Assembly: GCA_012026655.1 (NCBI GenBank)
Contig: JAAILG010000861.1
Coordinates: forward strand, 1 to 64,000
Length of the DNA: 64,000 bases
Source of the DNA: Hydrolagus affinis
Taxonomy: Eukaryota
Direction of reading: 5' to 3'
The notes under the pieces were generated by a model. That model did no database searches, was not told the DNA's origin, and saw nothing but the letters and a program-made list of their open reading frames with translations. The position numbers and the translations under genes were made by a program. Positions 1-13,307 of the stretch are shown in pieces. The stretch's first letter is position 1. Each line of letters starts with the position of its first letter.

Positions 1-59
1 CTCCTCTCTATCTCTATTCCCCCCCATATCTTGACTTACTATTATTGAAGCCACAAAGT

Positions 60-313
60 ATCCTGCCGGTTAAGCTCCTCCCATATGCGAGGGGCTGCAC
101 TGCACTGCTTAACTGAGCGTGCATTACTGGGGCAACCAGAGAGAAGCTGCGCATGAGAAGCTGTGCAAGAGAAGCCCGTGAGATTTAAAGTGTGGTGTAA
201 ACATTCATTATAGCGAAAGCAGCCTTTGTTAAGTGGAGAAGTGGTGCAAATAGAAACCCTCGATATAGTGAAGTTTTCGTAAGCGGGCGTTCGGTAAGCG
301 GGGTCTACCTGTA
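60..313. mobile_element. Right end of a Tc1/mariner (Tigger/pogo-like) non-autonomous DNA transposon
   Basis: Ends in ...cgttcggtaagcggggtctacctg|TA (reverse complement TA|CAGGTAGACCCCGCTTACCGAACG), a Tigger-type TIR. The left end is not seen and may lie outside the window. Confidence 0.55.
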
Positions 314-1899
314 CCACGAAAGGAAAGCTAACAAGCTCATTTACATTCTACGTTTGGTTTCCTTTCTTGGTGGCCATTCATATCATCTTATGTTGTTGGA
401 AGTATTTCACCCTTTTCATGACCAATCCTTATAATTCTCAAATCAGTTCCTAACTAAATATTGCTTTTTAATTGTTTTTCAAGTTATACATTGGCACAGA
501 AATAAACTCCTCTAACTGACGCCCTATTCCAAGTCTCTGCAGATGACATCCATCGTATCCAAAGGCTTATTCATTTTATGCTCATACATTATGTCTCTGT
601 ACTCCCAGCTTTATGGTCAGTAGTGATATTCACATGCACTTATTTTTCTTTCCTTCCTGTTCCAATGTGTGATATCTTACATTTATTTACATTTAGATCC
701 ATCTACTGTGTGTTAATATTTGTCACTTGAACTCACCTCAGATGTCAATAGCCCCAAAAGGGTCAGAAGTGATCTAATTCACATAATTTGCAGCACATGC
801 TGCTTGTCAAATGGCAGAGTTCCATGGAACGTTCAAGCGTGATTTAAAAAAGAATACATCATCATCAATTAAATTTTAGGTAACATTAGATAGATTTTCC
901 TCCAAATAATAGTCACTCACTTTACAGTAAATCCTGCACAGTGTTTTGAGGAGGTATTCTGAAATTAAACAGACTACATCAAATGCAAGGCGTATTATTA
1001 TTATATAATCAGCACCCAATATATCATTGTTTGGTGTGGAAGAAAGCAAATTACTCTGAATTACTTTAAGCTGAAATGCTTCATTTCAAAAATTCTGTTT
1101 CTTTTTAAAAAAAAACTAATTTTGGTAAAGCATAAAATATTGAATAGCAAGAAGGAAAACAATGTAATATTTCACACAGTTCACAGTGCTTGTGTCATCT
1201 GCCTTATCTAGCCTGGGACACCATGATCCTACCAACATTATTTTCACTCCATCTCTTCAAACATTGTGATCATGTTATTGCTTCAAACTATATAGCCAAG
1301 TAATGTGATATTGAAATCTTGTGTGAGAATGGCTGTAAGCCTATCTACAGCCCTTCGACCAAAGATAACAAATGGCAACTCAAGTAACAACCAAGGTTAT
1401 CTTCTGGCAGCTACAATTCAGATTAGGTTGTCCTGTTGTGTATCTTTCCTCCCACTACACTGTAAACAGCTGAATTAATGATGGCGCACTACTGCACATT
1501 AGCTTTAGGCATTGCGTTTGAGAAATATCTTCCACTGCTTTCAGTTATAATAATGAATAATATAACATCATTTTATACATGAACTGATTTTAAGTCGAGA
1601 CATCCTACAGTTTTGCCATTCATGTTTCCTTTCTCCTGTTCTTTCTGCGTGTGTAAGGAGTTGAACATAGAGCAGAGCAGTTCTGCGAGCCTTTGTCCCT
1701 GTCTAGGAACAATATGTGAGCAGTTGGTCAAAGAATAGTTCTGTGCGCGTTTGAACTGCTCTGCACTGTACATCACCGAGTTTATTCCAGCTAAGGACAG
1801 ATTGTGTGGAGCATTGTGTTGTTTTGTTGGAAGTTTTTCTTCAGTTACATCAAGGGCTGGACACTCCTCATTTGGAGTACTATGCTTGGAGGTTTTTAG

Positions 1900-2110
1900 C
1901 AATGAATCTTAGGAAGGATACGTTAGCCTTGGCAGGTATCCAGCAGCAGTTCAGTAGATAAATATCTGGGTTGAAGGGCCTTAGCTATGATAAGAGGCTG
2001 GATATATTCCCTAGAGCAGAGAAGGTTAAGCGGTGATCCAATTAAGGTATTTAAAATAGTGCAGGAAATTGATGGTTGTGTGATGGACGACTCTTCATTT
2101 TATTAGAGAG
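1900..2110 (+). mobile_element. CR1 LINE ORF2 3' fragment (decayed)
   Basis: Similar to the CR1 C-terminal block (..LSYDKRL..SLEQRRLSGDPIKVFKI). Confidence 0.7.
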
Positions 2111-2334
2111 ATCCGTTCCAATGGGGAAATAGAAGCAAAGAGTTGAGCAGAAAGTATTTCCTCACAGTATTTCCTTACTATGTGGGACACTGAGATTAAA
2201 AGGTAGGCCAAGTTCTAATAAACTGGTGTTCCAGGTTTCCTTTGATCCTATATTTCTCAATGCCGAAACAGTTTTATTTCTCTGTTGTGTTGTGGACACT
2301 GAAACATTTTATGGACAAGTTCTACATTTACATT

Positions 2335-2870
2335 TAATATGGTACCAGACCTCAGGAAAGCTATATTGGCCCTGGAGGGAGTGCAGCACAGGTTCACCAG
2401 AATGTTACCAGGCCCTAAAAGGGTTAAACTACAAGGCAAGGCTGTGTAAACTTGGATTGTATTCCCTTGAGTTTCGAAGGTCGAGGTGTGATTTGATTGA
2501 GGTATTTAAGATGATATAGGGATTTGATAGGGTAGATACAAAGGAGCTATTACTTCCGGTGGGGGGAATCCAAAGCCTGGGTCATAGTCTTAAAATTAAA
2601 ACCAGACCCTTGAACAGTGAAATCAGGTTGCATAATTTCACGCAAAGGGTGGTAGAAATCTGGAATTCTCTCCCCCAAAGGGCCATGGATCCATCCACAC
2701 TTTCAAGAGTGAGGTTGATAATATTTTGGTAGATCAGAGTATCAAGGGATATGGGGAGAAAGCAGGAAATTGGAACTGAAAGGATTAGTTGAGGTACAGA
2801 TCAGCCATGATCTAATTAAACGATGGAACCGGCTCGAAGGTCTGAATAGCCTGCTCCTGTTCCTAACTTC
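2335..2870 (+). mobile_element. CR1 LINE 3' end
   Basis: Encodes LKGLNYKARLCKLGLYSLEFRRSRCDLIEVFKMI and ends in the CR1 3' tail ...tcagccatgatct...gaatagcctgctcctgttcct. Confidence 0.9.
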
Positions 2871-3494
2871 CTTCTTACGATTGCTTATGTAATTAAGTGC
2901 ATGTGGTATTGTTAGTCTACATTGTCTTTCACCCCATCTTGGATTGTACTACATATAAGTTTCCAATTGAAGGAGACTATACCATCATTTTCTTCTGCAT
3001 AGGCCTGAGTGTCGTAGTATATTTTTATGCTACAATGCGCATTGTTGTGGTTGTCTGAAGGTGACATTGATGATTTCCGATTGGACTTCCTGCCATGATT
3101 GTCAACTCAATATCTATAACTGAATCTTCCAGAATGTGCAAGGGCACTCAGCATAAATAATGCACAAGGTTTTTTTTTCCTCCAAGTTTGAAAAAAATAA
3201 CCATTTCAATAATCGTTGTATGACAGATTTCGCAGAGGTGTACGGAAACGGCTTATGTCATGATATTCGTCTATTGAGGGCAGACGTGACAGAGTGGGCT
3301 TCTGAGAAAGGTTAAAGTCTCGCCGAATGAGACGAGGAGTGCTGCCCTTGTGTGTCTCCACCCAAAAGCAGGAATGAGCTTTACGATAATCATGTGTATT
3401 GAGTTTAATTTTGTATACTCTTGTTCACGTGTTGCGTGCTGCTCTGTTATTTGAAAGCCTTCATTTTGACGCCCTTGGCTTTTGTTTCCAACAG

Positions 3495-3632
3495 AATATT
3501 ATCACGGAACATGAAATTAGGAACATTTCTTGTGCTGCTCAAGACCCAGAAGATCTTTCCACATTTGCCTACATAACAAAAGATTTGAAGTCAAGTCACC
3601 ACTACTGTCATGTTTTCAGCGCATTTGATGTG
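3495..3632 (+). CDS. ANKS1B: ANKS1B internal coding exon, PTB domain ([46 protein letters not shown])
   Basis: Acceptor tttgtttccaacag, donor GTG|gtcagt, 138 nt, phase 0-0. The peptide matches the ANKS1A/B PTB motif [24 protein letters not shown]...HYCHVF. Confidence 0.95.
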
Positions 3633-4900
3633 GTCAGTCTTTTCATGTTTTTTTTCTGCATTGATAGAGCAATCCTCTTGTATGATTTCCCTCCCTCCCT
3701 CCCTCCCTCCCTCCAAGTTTTGATTTCCTCAAATTTGAAATTTCAGCAATGAACAAAATCCGTTTTCTTGCAGTGGGTGAAATCTTTGTGTGCCATACAA
3801 CTGGTTTATGCATTAATCAAGAAGAGGTATTCTGAATCTTCAAAGTTTGCACTGTTGGGCTAAGTAAAGCTTTAACACGGCTTTTGAATGCAGACTGCAG
3901 CTAGTTATTATTCTACAAGTGCTGGAACACATCAAGTAATAGATTCCATAAATTACTGTACAGTCCATCGTATGCATAAAGATCTCGATGAACAGAATTC
4001 AATTAAAATACAGTTGTAGAGATCAATTTAAACGAAAAACAAATAGTATTCAGTATTTCCAGAGAGCTTTTCCACTTGTTTTTTGGGGCAGATCATTATT
4101 TGCCTTATTAAAACCAGACTGTGCTGAAACACGGAGGGACATTTCATTGCATGGCTTCAGACGCAAGTTACAGTAATGTGAATCCACATTGCTGCAAGAA
4201 TCTCTCATTGTAATCAGTGGTGACAGAATTGCAGTGGAAAGGTCCTACAGTTTCCATGGAGATCCAAAATGTTGCAGTTAGAATTGTTATGAGTGTGCCT
4301 ATAAAGACATTAGAAATCAGTTTTAAAAGAAGATGCTGAGATGTGCAACCTTTACAAATGGCAATACTTTGCAAAACCTTGAAACGCAACATACAATTAA
4401 GAGTATGCATCATCTGCTAAAACCTTTTACGTGTTTATGAATTTTGCTTCATATTTTGCTTCATATTTGCTTATATTTGATAAAAAATATGTCCATCTGG
4501 TGGAATATGTCAAAAGCAACAATTATTTCAAGGTTTAATATAAAGGCAGAATTGAACATTATTATATATATATATATGCCTTTTTAAGTTAAACTCACCC
4601 TTGGGTTGGACTACTTCGCTATTAAAAAGCGTTTTATTTACCTGCTGACCTTTTAGAAATACCTGAGTATATTTTCAAAAAGGAAACTAATCAGATATGC
4701 TGCAGTATTATTATTGCATTATTATTTTATTAGTACATATCTATTTAAAACAATTAATTTGCGTCATTTTGCACACATTTTAACATTTCCGGAATATCAG
4801 AGGAGGAGTTTTTTTTTATCATCGACAAAAGTAGATTGAAATTTTGGTTGGCTTTACACATATACATACCTTGGTGCTGCATAATTGCAATGGAGGAAAC

Positions 4901-5082
4901 TACTACTATTACTAATAATAATAATAATCCTTGCATTTGATTTAGCGCATCTTATCGATGTCTTATTCACATCTTATCGACGTCTCAAAGCGCTTCACAG
5001 AATTCACTGTAAAGTGAATTGGTTGTATATTTGTGGGCGAAACGCGGCAGCCAATTGCAATCCCATCGGCAGCCAATCTCGG
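4901..5082 (-). mobile_element. tRNA-derived DeuSINE, 3' part
   Basis: (AAT)n tail, L2-like 3' end (ccttgcatttgatttagcgc...ctcaaagcgcttcacag) and Deu-like gaaacgcggcagccaatt. Confidence 0.8.
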
Positions 5083-5204
5083 TAACAGCTTGACACGTAA
5101 TGCGCAGTGGAATCCATTTGTTTTTCTTCTTCGTGTAACGGCTTTCGCTTTCCACTCAGCCAGTAGTTCTCATGAAATCAGCGTCTTTCATCTTTTGCTT
5201 CCAG

Positions 5205-5375
5205 AATTTAGCCTATGAAATCATTTTAACACTCGGACAAGCGTTTGAAGTAGCCTATCAGTTGGCCCTTCAAGCCAGGAAAGGTGGCCACGGACTGCCG
5301 TCGATGCAAGACAGTCTCGAAAATAAAATTGGCAAGCCTATCCCCAAACCACGAGCAAGTATCCGGAAATCTGTG
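5205..5375 (+). CDS. ANKS1B: ANKS1B internal coding exon, end of PTB domain ([30 protein letters not shown]...[14 protein letters not shown])
   Basis: Acceptor tcttttgcttccag, donor GTG|gtaaga, 171 nt, phase 0-0, in frame with the previous exon. [10 protein letters not shown] and KPIPKPR.SIRKSV fit ANKS1B rather than ANKS1A. Confidence 0.95.
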
Positions 5376-7782
5376 GTAAGAGGCTACTAAGCAAACAGAC
5401 GCTTTGAAACAATTTGTACTTAATATTGGCACTAATAACTTCATTGATTCTTATGAGCACTTGGCAGAAACATATATTAGTGACCGCTAGGCTACCAGTA
5501 ACGATTAGGTGCAAGATTGTTTAACATGCAATAAGCCGTTAGAATTAAATCAGTTTAAAAAATGACCTTTCAATAGTAATTATACAAATGGATTGCTGTC
5601 TCGAATACACTTGGATCATATGTGCTGCGAGTGAGCTGAGGCAAGCAGTAAATCTAGCGATGAAATTTCCCCATAGGGAACTGTGACAAGCAATGGCCTG
5701 CTTTTTGTCATTTGCAGAAGAACCATAATGAGTCCCAAGAAATACAGTCACTGACTCTGAATGTTAATCGTTAATCATGTCGGGTTTCTAACCTCCACGA
5801 GATTTATCAGCGTGTGATCAATGAAAGTGAAAAGCAAATTCATAACCCAGTCTAATAAACCCACTTCAAATACTCAAGTATAAATTAATCAAATTCCTTC
5901 AGCACTTGCTGCAGGTATCAGGTACCATTTTCAGGAGAATGATTAAATTGAACTATTTCCACCTTCTCAAGGCTTCTCTTTCAGATTGTGTTAGGCAGAG
6001 ATCTCGTAGCAAGTTATCTGCCCACTTCTCTTAGTCCGTTGACAATGCCAAAGGCAGCATTTTAAAAAAAATAAGGCTTTTAGTTTAAAATAACCTACCA
6101 TGCAGTGCATAGTAGGTAGTTATTTTTAAAAAAAAAAAACTGGACAGTGTAGAGAAATGCACCAGCTCAAAACATTCTCTACTTGGATAGAATCTGTCAT
6201 ATGGATCTCAGATGATTGGGCGATTTCAGATGACTGTATGTCCTGGAAAGAACCATCATATGTTTAGCAATTGGATACATGTTTATGGCCAATTATGAAG
6301 AATATCTGCTTGTATAACACTAAATTATTTATTGAACTATTGTTCAAGCCTGAAGAAGCGACGACATTGAAAACCCTACCACAATATTACTCTGTTTCTC
6401 AATTTAGCAATTGTATATCTAAATGCCAGTTTCTCTGTTTTTGTTTGCTCCATGTCCCTTCCTCACTATCATGTTCTCGTTGTATTTGTCACCACTGTGT
6501 GAATAATCATTTCTTTTAATAGTCTGGGGTTCAGGCACCTTGCCTGAATCATTTGCTCGGTCATCATATTCAGGCAACTTAGGAAATGGATGATTAATAC
6601 TGGCAGTTTTGGGGGTTTTGCTGGTGAGCTGTTTGCTCTGGCCTCCTTCACAGCTCCGTTGGCTATTAATAGCTGAATGCTGCAGGCAGAGAGTTACAGA
6701 TTTACAGAGGAATCGCCACATATAAAGGCTTGTTATTATCCCATTGATAATAGTGATGTATTTTTATACTCATTGTAAAGAGAGGCCTAAAAAAAAATAC
6801 CTGCTCGTATCTCTGGATTGATTAATGTTTAAGATAGATTTTTTTTCCAAAACAACTGCTTTTGCCACAACATTTGGACTAAAAAGATCAGCCGAGAAAA
6901 TATAAGGATATCCCCTGATCTTTCAGGTGAGAGCCACGGACTGCATTCTGACAGCGTAACTTGGGAATGATTAAGAATAACATCCTTTTCCCTTTGTTTT
7001 ATTCCGCCAGACGACTAAGTCGCTTAAACATTTAGCATGCAACAACTCTCTTTGCTAGGGAATTCAAGAGATCCTATGGTATTCTAGGACTGGGCAGATA
7101 GACCACAGTAGTCTTTTGGGGTCCTGCGTTCCTGTGCAGCACTGAATTGTAATTTGTGGAAATTAATCTCCGAGTGCCAGCACACGTTTCGCTTCCCAAA
7201 CGTCTGAACACTTGCTCTTTGAAAAAAAGAAAAATTAAATTCTACAATTCTTCGCTTAATTCACTGGAGATTTTCAGTTTCATGGACATCATAGAGGTTC
7301 TTTGTAGAGGTTATACAATGGGCTGCTGCAGGAGGTGTTGAATAGGAGATTTGGAGCAGTCAATACGATTTTAAAATTTTGATTTTAACCAATTCTCGCC
7401 TGGTTTGGTCCCTATATGTTCCATATGCTGTACAGTGAGCAGGTACTTGAAACTTTCCCCAACCCTGGAGGATTTCAAGTGATCCACCTACTTGCATTCC
7501 CAGAAGCAAATGCCTTTGAGTGTCAAGGGAGAACTAGTTATAAACAGGATCAGTGAAAAATTGTGAAAATATTTGCCAGTATTTGAAAATTGAACTCAAA
7601 TGAACTCAGTATCACCAATCAAATTGAGTTCAAAATGAATTTGGGTGTGCAAATAGGAATCTCTGAGCATCATTCTGTGTTTGATGCCAATATCCGTAAT
7701 AGACATCATTGTTAATTGTGTTTCAAAGTTTGACAGTACCGTGTCTGCTGTTTTGCAGACATAATGCTGTTGAATGTACCAT

Positions 7783-7960
7783 TGTGGATTTATCTTATGT
7801 TGCTTTATTTTAAATGGTGTACTGCCATGTTCATCCTGAGACACCACGAAATCCATATTATTTATAATATGTGGATTTATCTTATGCTTGTTTGTTTTTA
7901 AATGGTGTACTTCTGCCATGCTCATCCTGAGATACCACGAAATCCATATTATATTATAAT
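7783..7960. repeat. Tandem duplication of an ~87 bp unit
   Basis: tgtggatttatcttatg...aaatggtgtact...catcctgaga.accacgaaatccatatta occurs twice, starting at 7783 and 7870. Confidence 0.9.
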
Positions 7961-8459
7961 CCACTATATTTGACTCCCCACAGCCTGCATTTATATAAAT
8001 ATCAGGTTTTTAAATAGAGCCTCCAGTTCCAGAATTAATCTTCAGAAACTGTCCTTTTCCAAACTTCTTCTTTAAGCTTAATTATAAATGATAGGAATGG
8101 AGTCCTATTGTCACCTTATTAGTGTCACCAATTGTGATTCATCTGGTACCAAACGTGTCACATATAGACCAATATCCTTTCTGAGCAGTGAAGCTCTGAA
8201 TCGTAATACCAGTGCTATCAGGGTTAAAGTGAACAAAGCTTTATTTGTGTGTTGGAGCAAACATAATGTTAGAACCTTAGAGAAGAAAAAATTGATGGAA
8301 CTCTGGGCTGTGATTGAAAGGAAGAAACAGAGTAAACCAACATCCATGGATCTGGAAAGCTCTGGATTGAAATCTTGCCTTGTTCAATCAGCTCTCCCTG
8401 TTTCCAAGTTCATATCGTCGATACTAAAGGTATACTAGGGCCAGAGACTCTCGAGGACT

Positions 8460-8645
8460 CAACAACAACAACAAAATTACCCTTGTATAGCATCTTTCAC
8501 GTCCCAAGGAGGGTGTCCCAAGGCGCTGGACAGTCAATGTTTCAGACCCGAGCTGGGATCAGGGACAGGGAGGGTGGAGGGAAAGGGTAGGGGGATTTGG
8601 GGTGATCGATGGGACTGTCGAAGAGGAGGATGTTCTTGAGGCTCA
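8460..8645 (-). mobile_element. L2 LINE 3' end
   Basis: (CAA)n tail plus tttcacgtc...tcccaaggcgctggacagtca, shared with many L2 copies in the window. Confidence 0.75.
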
Positions 8646-11154
8646 ATTAACTCTGAGGGGTTAAGTTTGTAAAGCGAACCAGTTCTGTAGTGATTCATGG
8701 CACTGTTGACGGTTGATCAGCCTGACTGGCTTGGCATTCTGATCTCAGTTACTGGGGGCATGGTTACCATAAATAAGTATTTTTATACACCAAGCTGTTT
8801 TTTCCCAACTCTTTATCTTGGGTCTTAGTTTCCATTAATTGTTCAGTACAGGTTAAAACTAAATTCAAATTAACGTAATTCTAAATTTGAAACAGCATGG
8901 TATTTTTTGGCATGGTGCTAGTGTGAGATCAAATTCATCTTCAGTGGAATAAAAGGGATCGTCAAATCTAGTTGCTCTTGCAAGTAGCTATTGAAAGTGG
9001 CTTTTCCTCTAGTTACATGGCATGAAATGAAACAAGTCGATATATCATCAAGGTGGTTTGTGCATCACATTTGGCAAGTTCTCAATTTCAGCTAGGCCAT
9101 CAGGGGAGGCTTGTAGCGGAGATGAAACATTCCTGCAGCTTGAAGGAAGCAAACTAGGGGGAGATCGCAGTGCATAGCGCACTACACAACTGCCTCTTGG
9201 CAGCTTGACATTCAGTGTCTTTGGGAGAGAGCCTGTTTTACCCTTTATAATATGTGGCATAGTTGGGCCAGAAACAGCGAGCGAAAGTATCTCATTTGCA
9301 GGGGAGTGATTAATTGAGGGGTGGTGGGGTGTTCAGGGGAGGGATGGGAGGGATTTTTAATGTATATCTTCATTCCTGATTACACTTATCTTGCTTTATT
9401 ACATTCTCAGGTGAAATTTCCAAATAACAGATGGTCCTTAGATCATATTTACACCCCTCACAGGCCTCCCCATCCTCCTCTTCTTCTTTCCAAGTTTCAT
9501 CATTCTCTGACGCACGGGTTCCAGGTCTTATTTTTCCTTTGTATGCATCACCGTGTCTGTGTGTTTTGAGTCTCTCCTTTTCTGTGCGCAGGCGCATTCT
9601 CTTTTGAAGTGGACAAGGCTAAAATTCATGTCGTCTCTAAATGCAACTGGAATCTTGAGAAATTTTGTGATTGGCTTTATGCAATTTAATTTGAAAAAAT
9701 TATAGAAGATTGTGTGAGAATTATAGGAGATTGGAATAGACAATGTAAAGAGTTCCGAAACTCACATTTTTCGCCTATTAAAAATACAACAAACTATTCC
9801 CATATTTAAAGCTGCTCTCCTAACTAAATCATTAGCTTTGTTTTAGTGTCAAGTTCAACGTTGCCTGACCAGCAAGTGTCATGCGTATGAGTGAATGTAA
9901 AGGAGCCGATGGGAACCCGATTACTACAAAAACAATAAATCAAACACATTTTATTTGAAGACTAATCAGATTAAAATAGTTAAAAATTAAACTGGGAGAG
10001 AATATATTTCTGCAGTGGCTGATGCCAATCATTCCATCTGAAGTCGAGCAGTCTGGTGTTCACATTTGGTTGCTTTTACTGCAGGGGAGATTATTTTAAA
10101 TTGTGTGAAATAAATACAAATGATATGAGACACGAGTCTGAATTGAAATCAACCAAACTTCAATAGATTTTCTGATACCCTTCTAATTAATCCAATCTCT
10201 CTTGTTTCAAAGACCTTTACTAAGCCTAGGAAAACAGACCAAGCAGCTGGAACTGCAGAGCCCTGATGGGTACACACTGAATTTTAGCCGACAGTGCTGT
10301 GTTCATTACCTAATCCTAACATAAAGATCCTTGATTTCATTAAAGACAGTTTCAAACTGTTTCCTGAAAACTGATTTACTGAACAAGTGTGCGGTGTGAA
10401 AGCATGTGGATCTCCTGCTTTTTACTATTTCCGTTTTGCTTTGGTGACATCTTGGCTATCTTCAGATGATCCCGTGGCACCCAGGAATGCAAACTGGGGG
10501 AATGATGTTTGCTATATACCTTAATACCCTAATACAAATTGTCAGTGATGTGATCCACCATCTACTTTGAAAAACAATGTAATGATTGACAAACCGTGAA
10601 ATATAACCAATTAAGGTTTCTGTGGTTCAGGAATGTATTTCAAATCTGAGTTGTGGATTTTGAGCTGCTGTATTTAGGGTCCAGATGTAAATGGTGGCAG
10701 TCAATTAAAATGTCCTAAAAAGTGATTTCATTTGGACGTCTTAAGTGTGGTGAATGTGTTTAACATCTAAAGATTCATTTCTGTTTTGTTTACAGCATGC
10801 AACATTGAATGCATAGGATAGAAAATTGCTTTTAAGTACCCTGTGTCCAAAAAAAGCATCTTACTTAACAGTGCATTGAAAATAGAGGTCCAACTTTGGT
10901 TATAATTAGCCCATTTCAAGGCAGCCTAAATTATATCAATGAAAAATAAATAATATGCTCTTAATAAGCAATAATTCCAAATGATATGATCAATACTGTT
11001 AAAATTAATTTTATGAATCTGCAGTTTGCTGTTTTGCTGATGAATTTAAATTATCTTCTTGAGTAGATCTTTCCCTCTAACTGAAAGACTCCAATTTGAG
11101 TTTTCCATCACTATCAAAATATCTGGTACATCCAATATACTGTATGTTAGATTT

Positions 11155-11565
11155 CACATTAGCACTCTCACCTCTGAGTCAGAAGGTTAGCGGTTCAAGC
11201 CCCACATCGAGATTGGCACTCACATATTTTCACCTAACCTCGAATGCAATGCTGAGGGTGGAAGTATTATTATTGTTGTTGGAAGTGATGTCCTTCAGAT
11301 GAGACATTAAACAAAGGTTCCATCCGCCTGTTCGGGTGGATGTTTAAGATCCCATGGCAGTATTTGAAAAGAGAAGGCAGATTCTCCCACTGCCCTCGCC
11401 AACAGTCCCCCCAAAACAATGTAGTCATTCACTTTGTAGCTGTTTGTGGGACATTGCTATGTATAAATTGGCTGCCATATTTGCCCAATAATACTCATTC
11501 ACTCCACTTCACAGTAAATTCTTTGGGACTGGAAGCCAACGCTAGGATTATTATTATTATCATTA
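11155..11565 (+). mobile_element. Older tRNA-derived DeuSINE (SacSINE1/AmnSINE-like)
   Basis: Head agcactctcacctctgagtcagaagg...ggttcaagcccc; body cagatgagacattaaac...gatcccatggca; Deu block gctgtttgtgggacattgctatgtataaattggctgcc; (ATT)n tail. Confidence 0.75.
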
Positions 11566-12075
11566 TGCAAGGAAACTCTTGAGTGTATTCGTGTAAAAAT
11601 TAGTTTATTGATGGTAACAGTGTTAAAAGTCTGGCTTTTGCAGATCTTAAAACCTGCATGAAAGTTTGAACTATTTGCTGGGATTTTATGTAATATATAA
11701 AATACATTGGAATTTGAAAGAATTTATAATCCAAGCAGTTACCCACTTTTCCCAGTTATGTTGCTAGCTATAAGTGCTGTACTTTAGTTCCACATAGACG
11801 TCGCAAAGCGTTCTTAAAATATATTTCTTGTCTTAAGTTATCGATAAAATGCCTTAACGTACAAATTGAACTATAATTGATCAGTGTTTTTTGTTGATGT
11901 GTTGTTTACGCACAATAACAATAAATTGTGCTGTGGTGAGATTTCCCCTTTAACAGTCTGAATCGCACCGTCTTTAGGAGATGCAGAATGGTAATAAGCC
12001 GGATACCAACAGCGAGTGGTCTTTTTTTACATGATTTCATCAAAGACCAGTTTCTGTAAAACACTAGGTACGTGT

Positions 12076-12175
12076 NNNNNNNNNNNNNNNNNNNNNNNNN
12101 NNNNNNNNNNNNNNNNNNNNNNNNNNNNNNNNNNNNNNNNNNNNNNNNNNNNNNNNNNNNNNNNNNNNNNNNNNN
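12076..12175. other. Assembly gap (100 N)
   Basis: Run of exactly 100 N next to a poly-C tract. Confidence 1.
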
Positions 12176-13307
12176 CCCCCCCCCCCCCCCCCCCCCCCCC
12201 CGCACCCCTCCGCCCCTCGCCCCCATACTCAAGTAGGCAATCCGTCCCCCGTCCCCAAGTGCCGAGATGTCTCTGGAATGAGACATTAAAGGTGTGGGAA
12301 AGAGGTCCGGGTTGACTCTCCTGTCTTTCTCTGGCACAGTAAGTTTGGGCAAACAGCATGCTGCGCTCTCTGCCAATCTGCTGACTGTAGATTTTTTACA
12401 TGTGCACAGAGCTAAGTGAACAAACCAACAAAAGCCCAAGTTAGCTTAAGTCGTCGTCTCCGTCAGTGCGGGTTCTCACCCGTGACAAGTTATTTTATAA
12501 AAGCTATTGAAGCCCTGCATTGTCACTCATTATATTCGGTTCTGGCATCTAAACAAGATGATTGGATCTGTGAGTTTAAAAGATATTTGGAGCACAGAAA
12601 TTTATTCGCCTAGTTACTGGACAGTAACTTTAAGGGTTGTTTGGAGTGGCAATGTTATGTATTTTAAAATAGTCGCAAGCATCAATTTTCATCAATCAAA
12701 ATTTAGTGCATTTTACCATTCCTTGCACTTTCAGTAATGATTCTAGAGGTGATTATTCCCCAAATTATTAATGCATCATTTCGTACTATAGTATTACTTT
12801 AAATTGTCTTAGTAAGAATAATGTCCCTTTCCCCTATATTGTGCGGTTATCCCTTTGTATTAACCCTTTCTAAAACTTATTTTGGACAAACCTAATTATT
12901 TAGACAAACCTAATTATTACTGTAAATAACAATTGAACAATTTCAGATAGCTGAAGAGGATGTGGGTGTGGGGGTCCCCATTACAAGGGTATTTTCCCCC
13001 CTGGTTTCCAGTGTATCTATATATTCAGTTTGCATGGAAGCCAGGTTTTACATTAGAGCAGCGATGGGCGTAAGCGCGATGGGGCTTTCTCTGTTAAGCT
13101 ATTAGAATATTAAAATAAATCTTCTGGTTGGTTCAGTTCAATTGAAATGTAAATGTACTCTGCTGTATGTCAGAGAATTTGGAACCTAACTGTTTGTGGA
13201 GAGCTCCAATATGTTTTTTTATTATCCAATATCCATTGTTATTAGTCATATTATCTTCAGGAACAAGTGATTCTATACGTTAATGAACAAATCATTTTCC
13301 TTTCCAG

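Noticed and set aside
1573-1902. 109-aa minus-strand ORF
   Set aside because: Non-ATG start, antisense within an ANKS1B intron, no recognisable domain.
3399-3752. 117-aa ORF as a complete gene
   Set aside because: Only 3495-3632 is exon; the rest is read-through into intron sequence.
4441-4478. Short tandem duplications (also 12882-12918 and 31473-31492)
   Set aside because: Ordinary slippage-type duplications of 10-18 bp.
11906-12439. ORFs spanning the N gap
   Set aside because: Artefacts of the 100-N gap and the poly-C tract.
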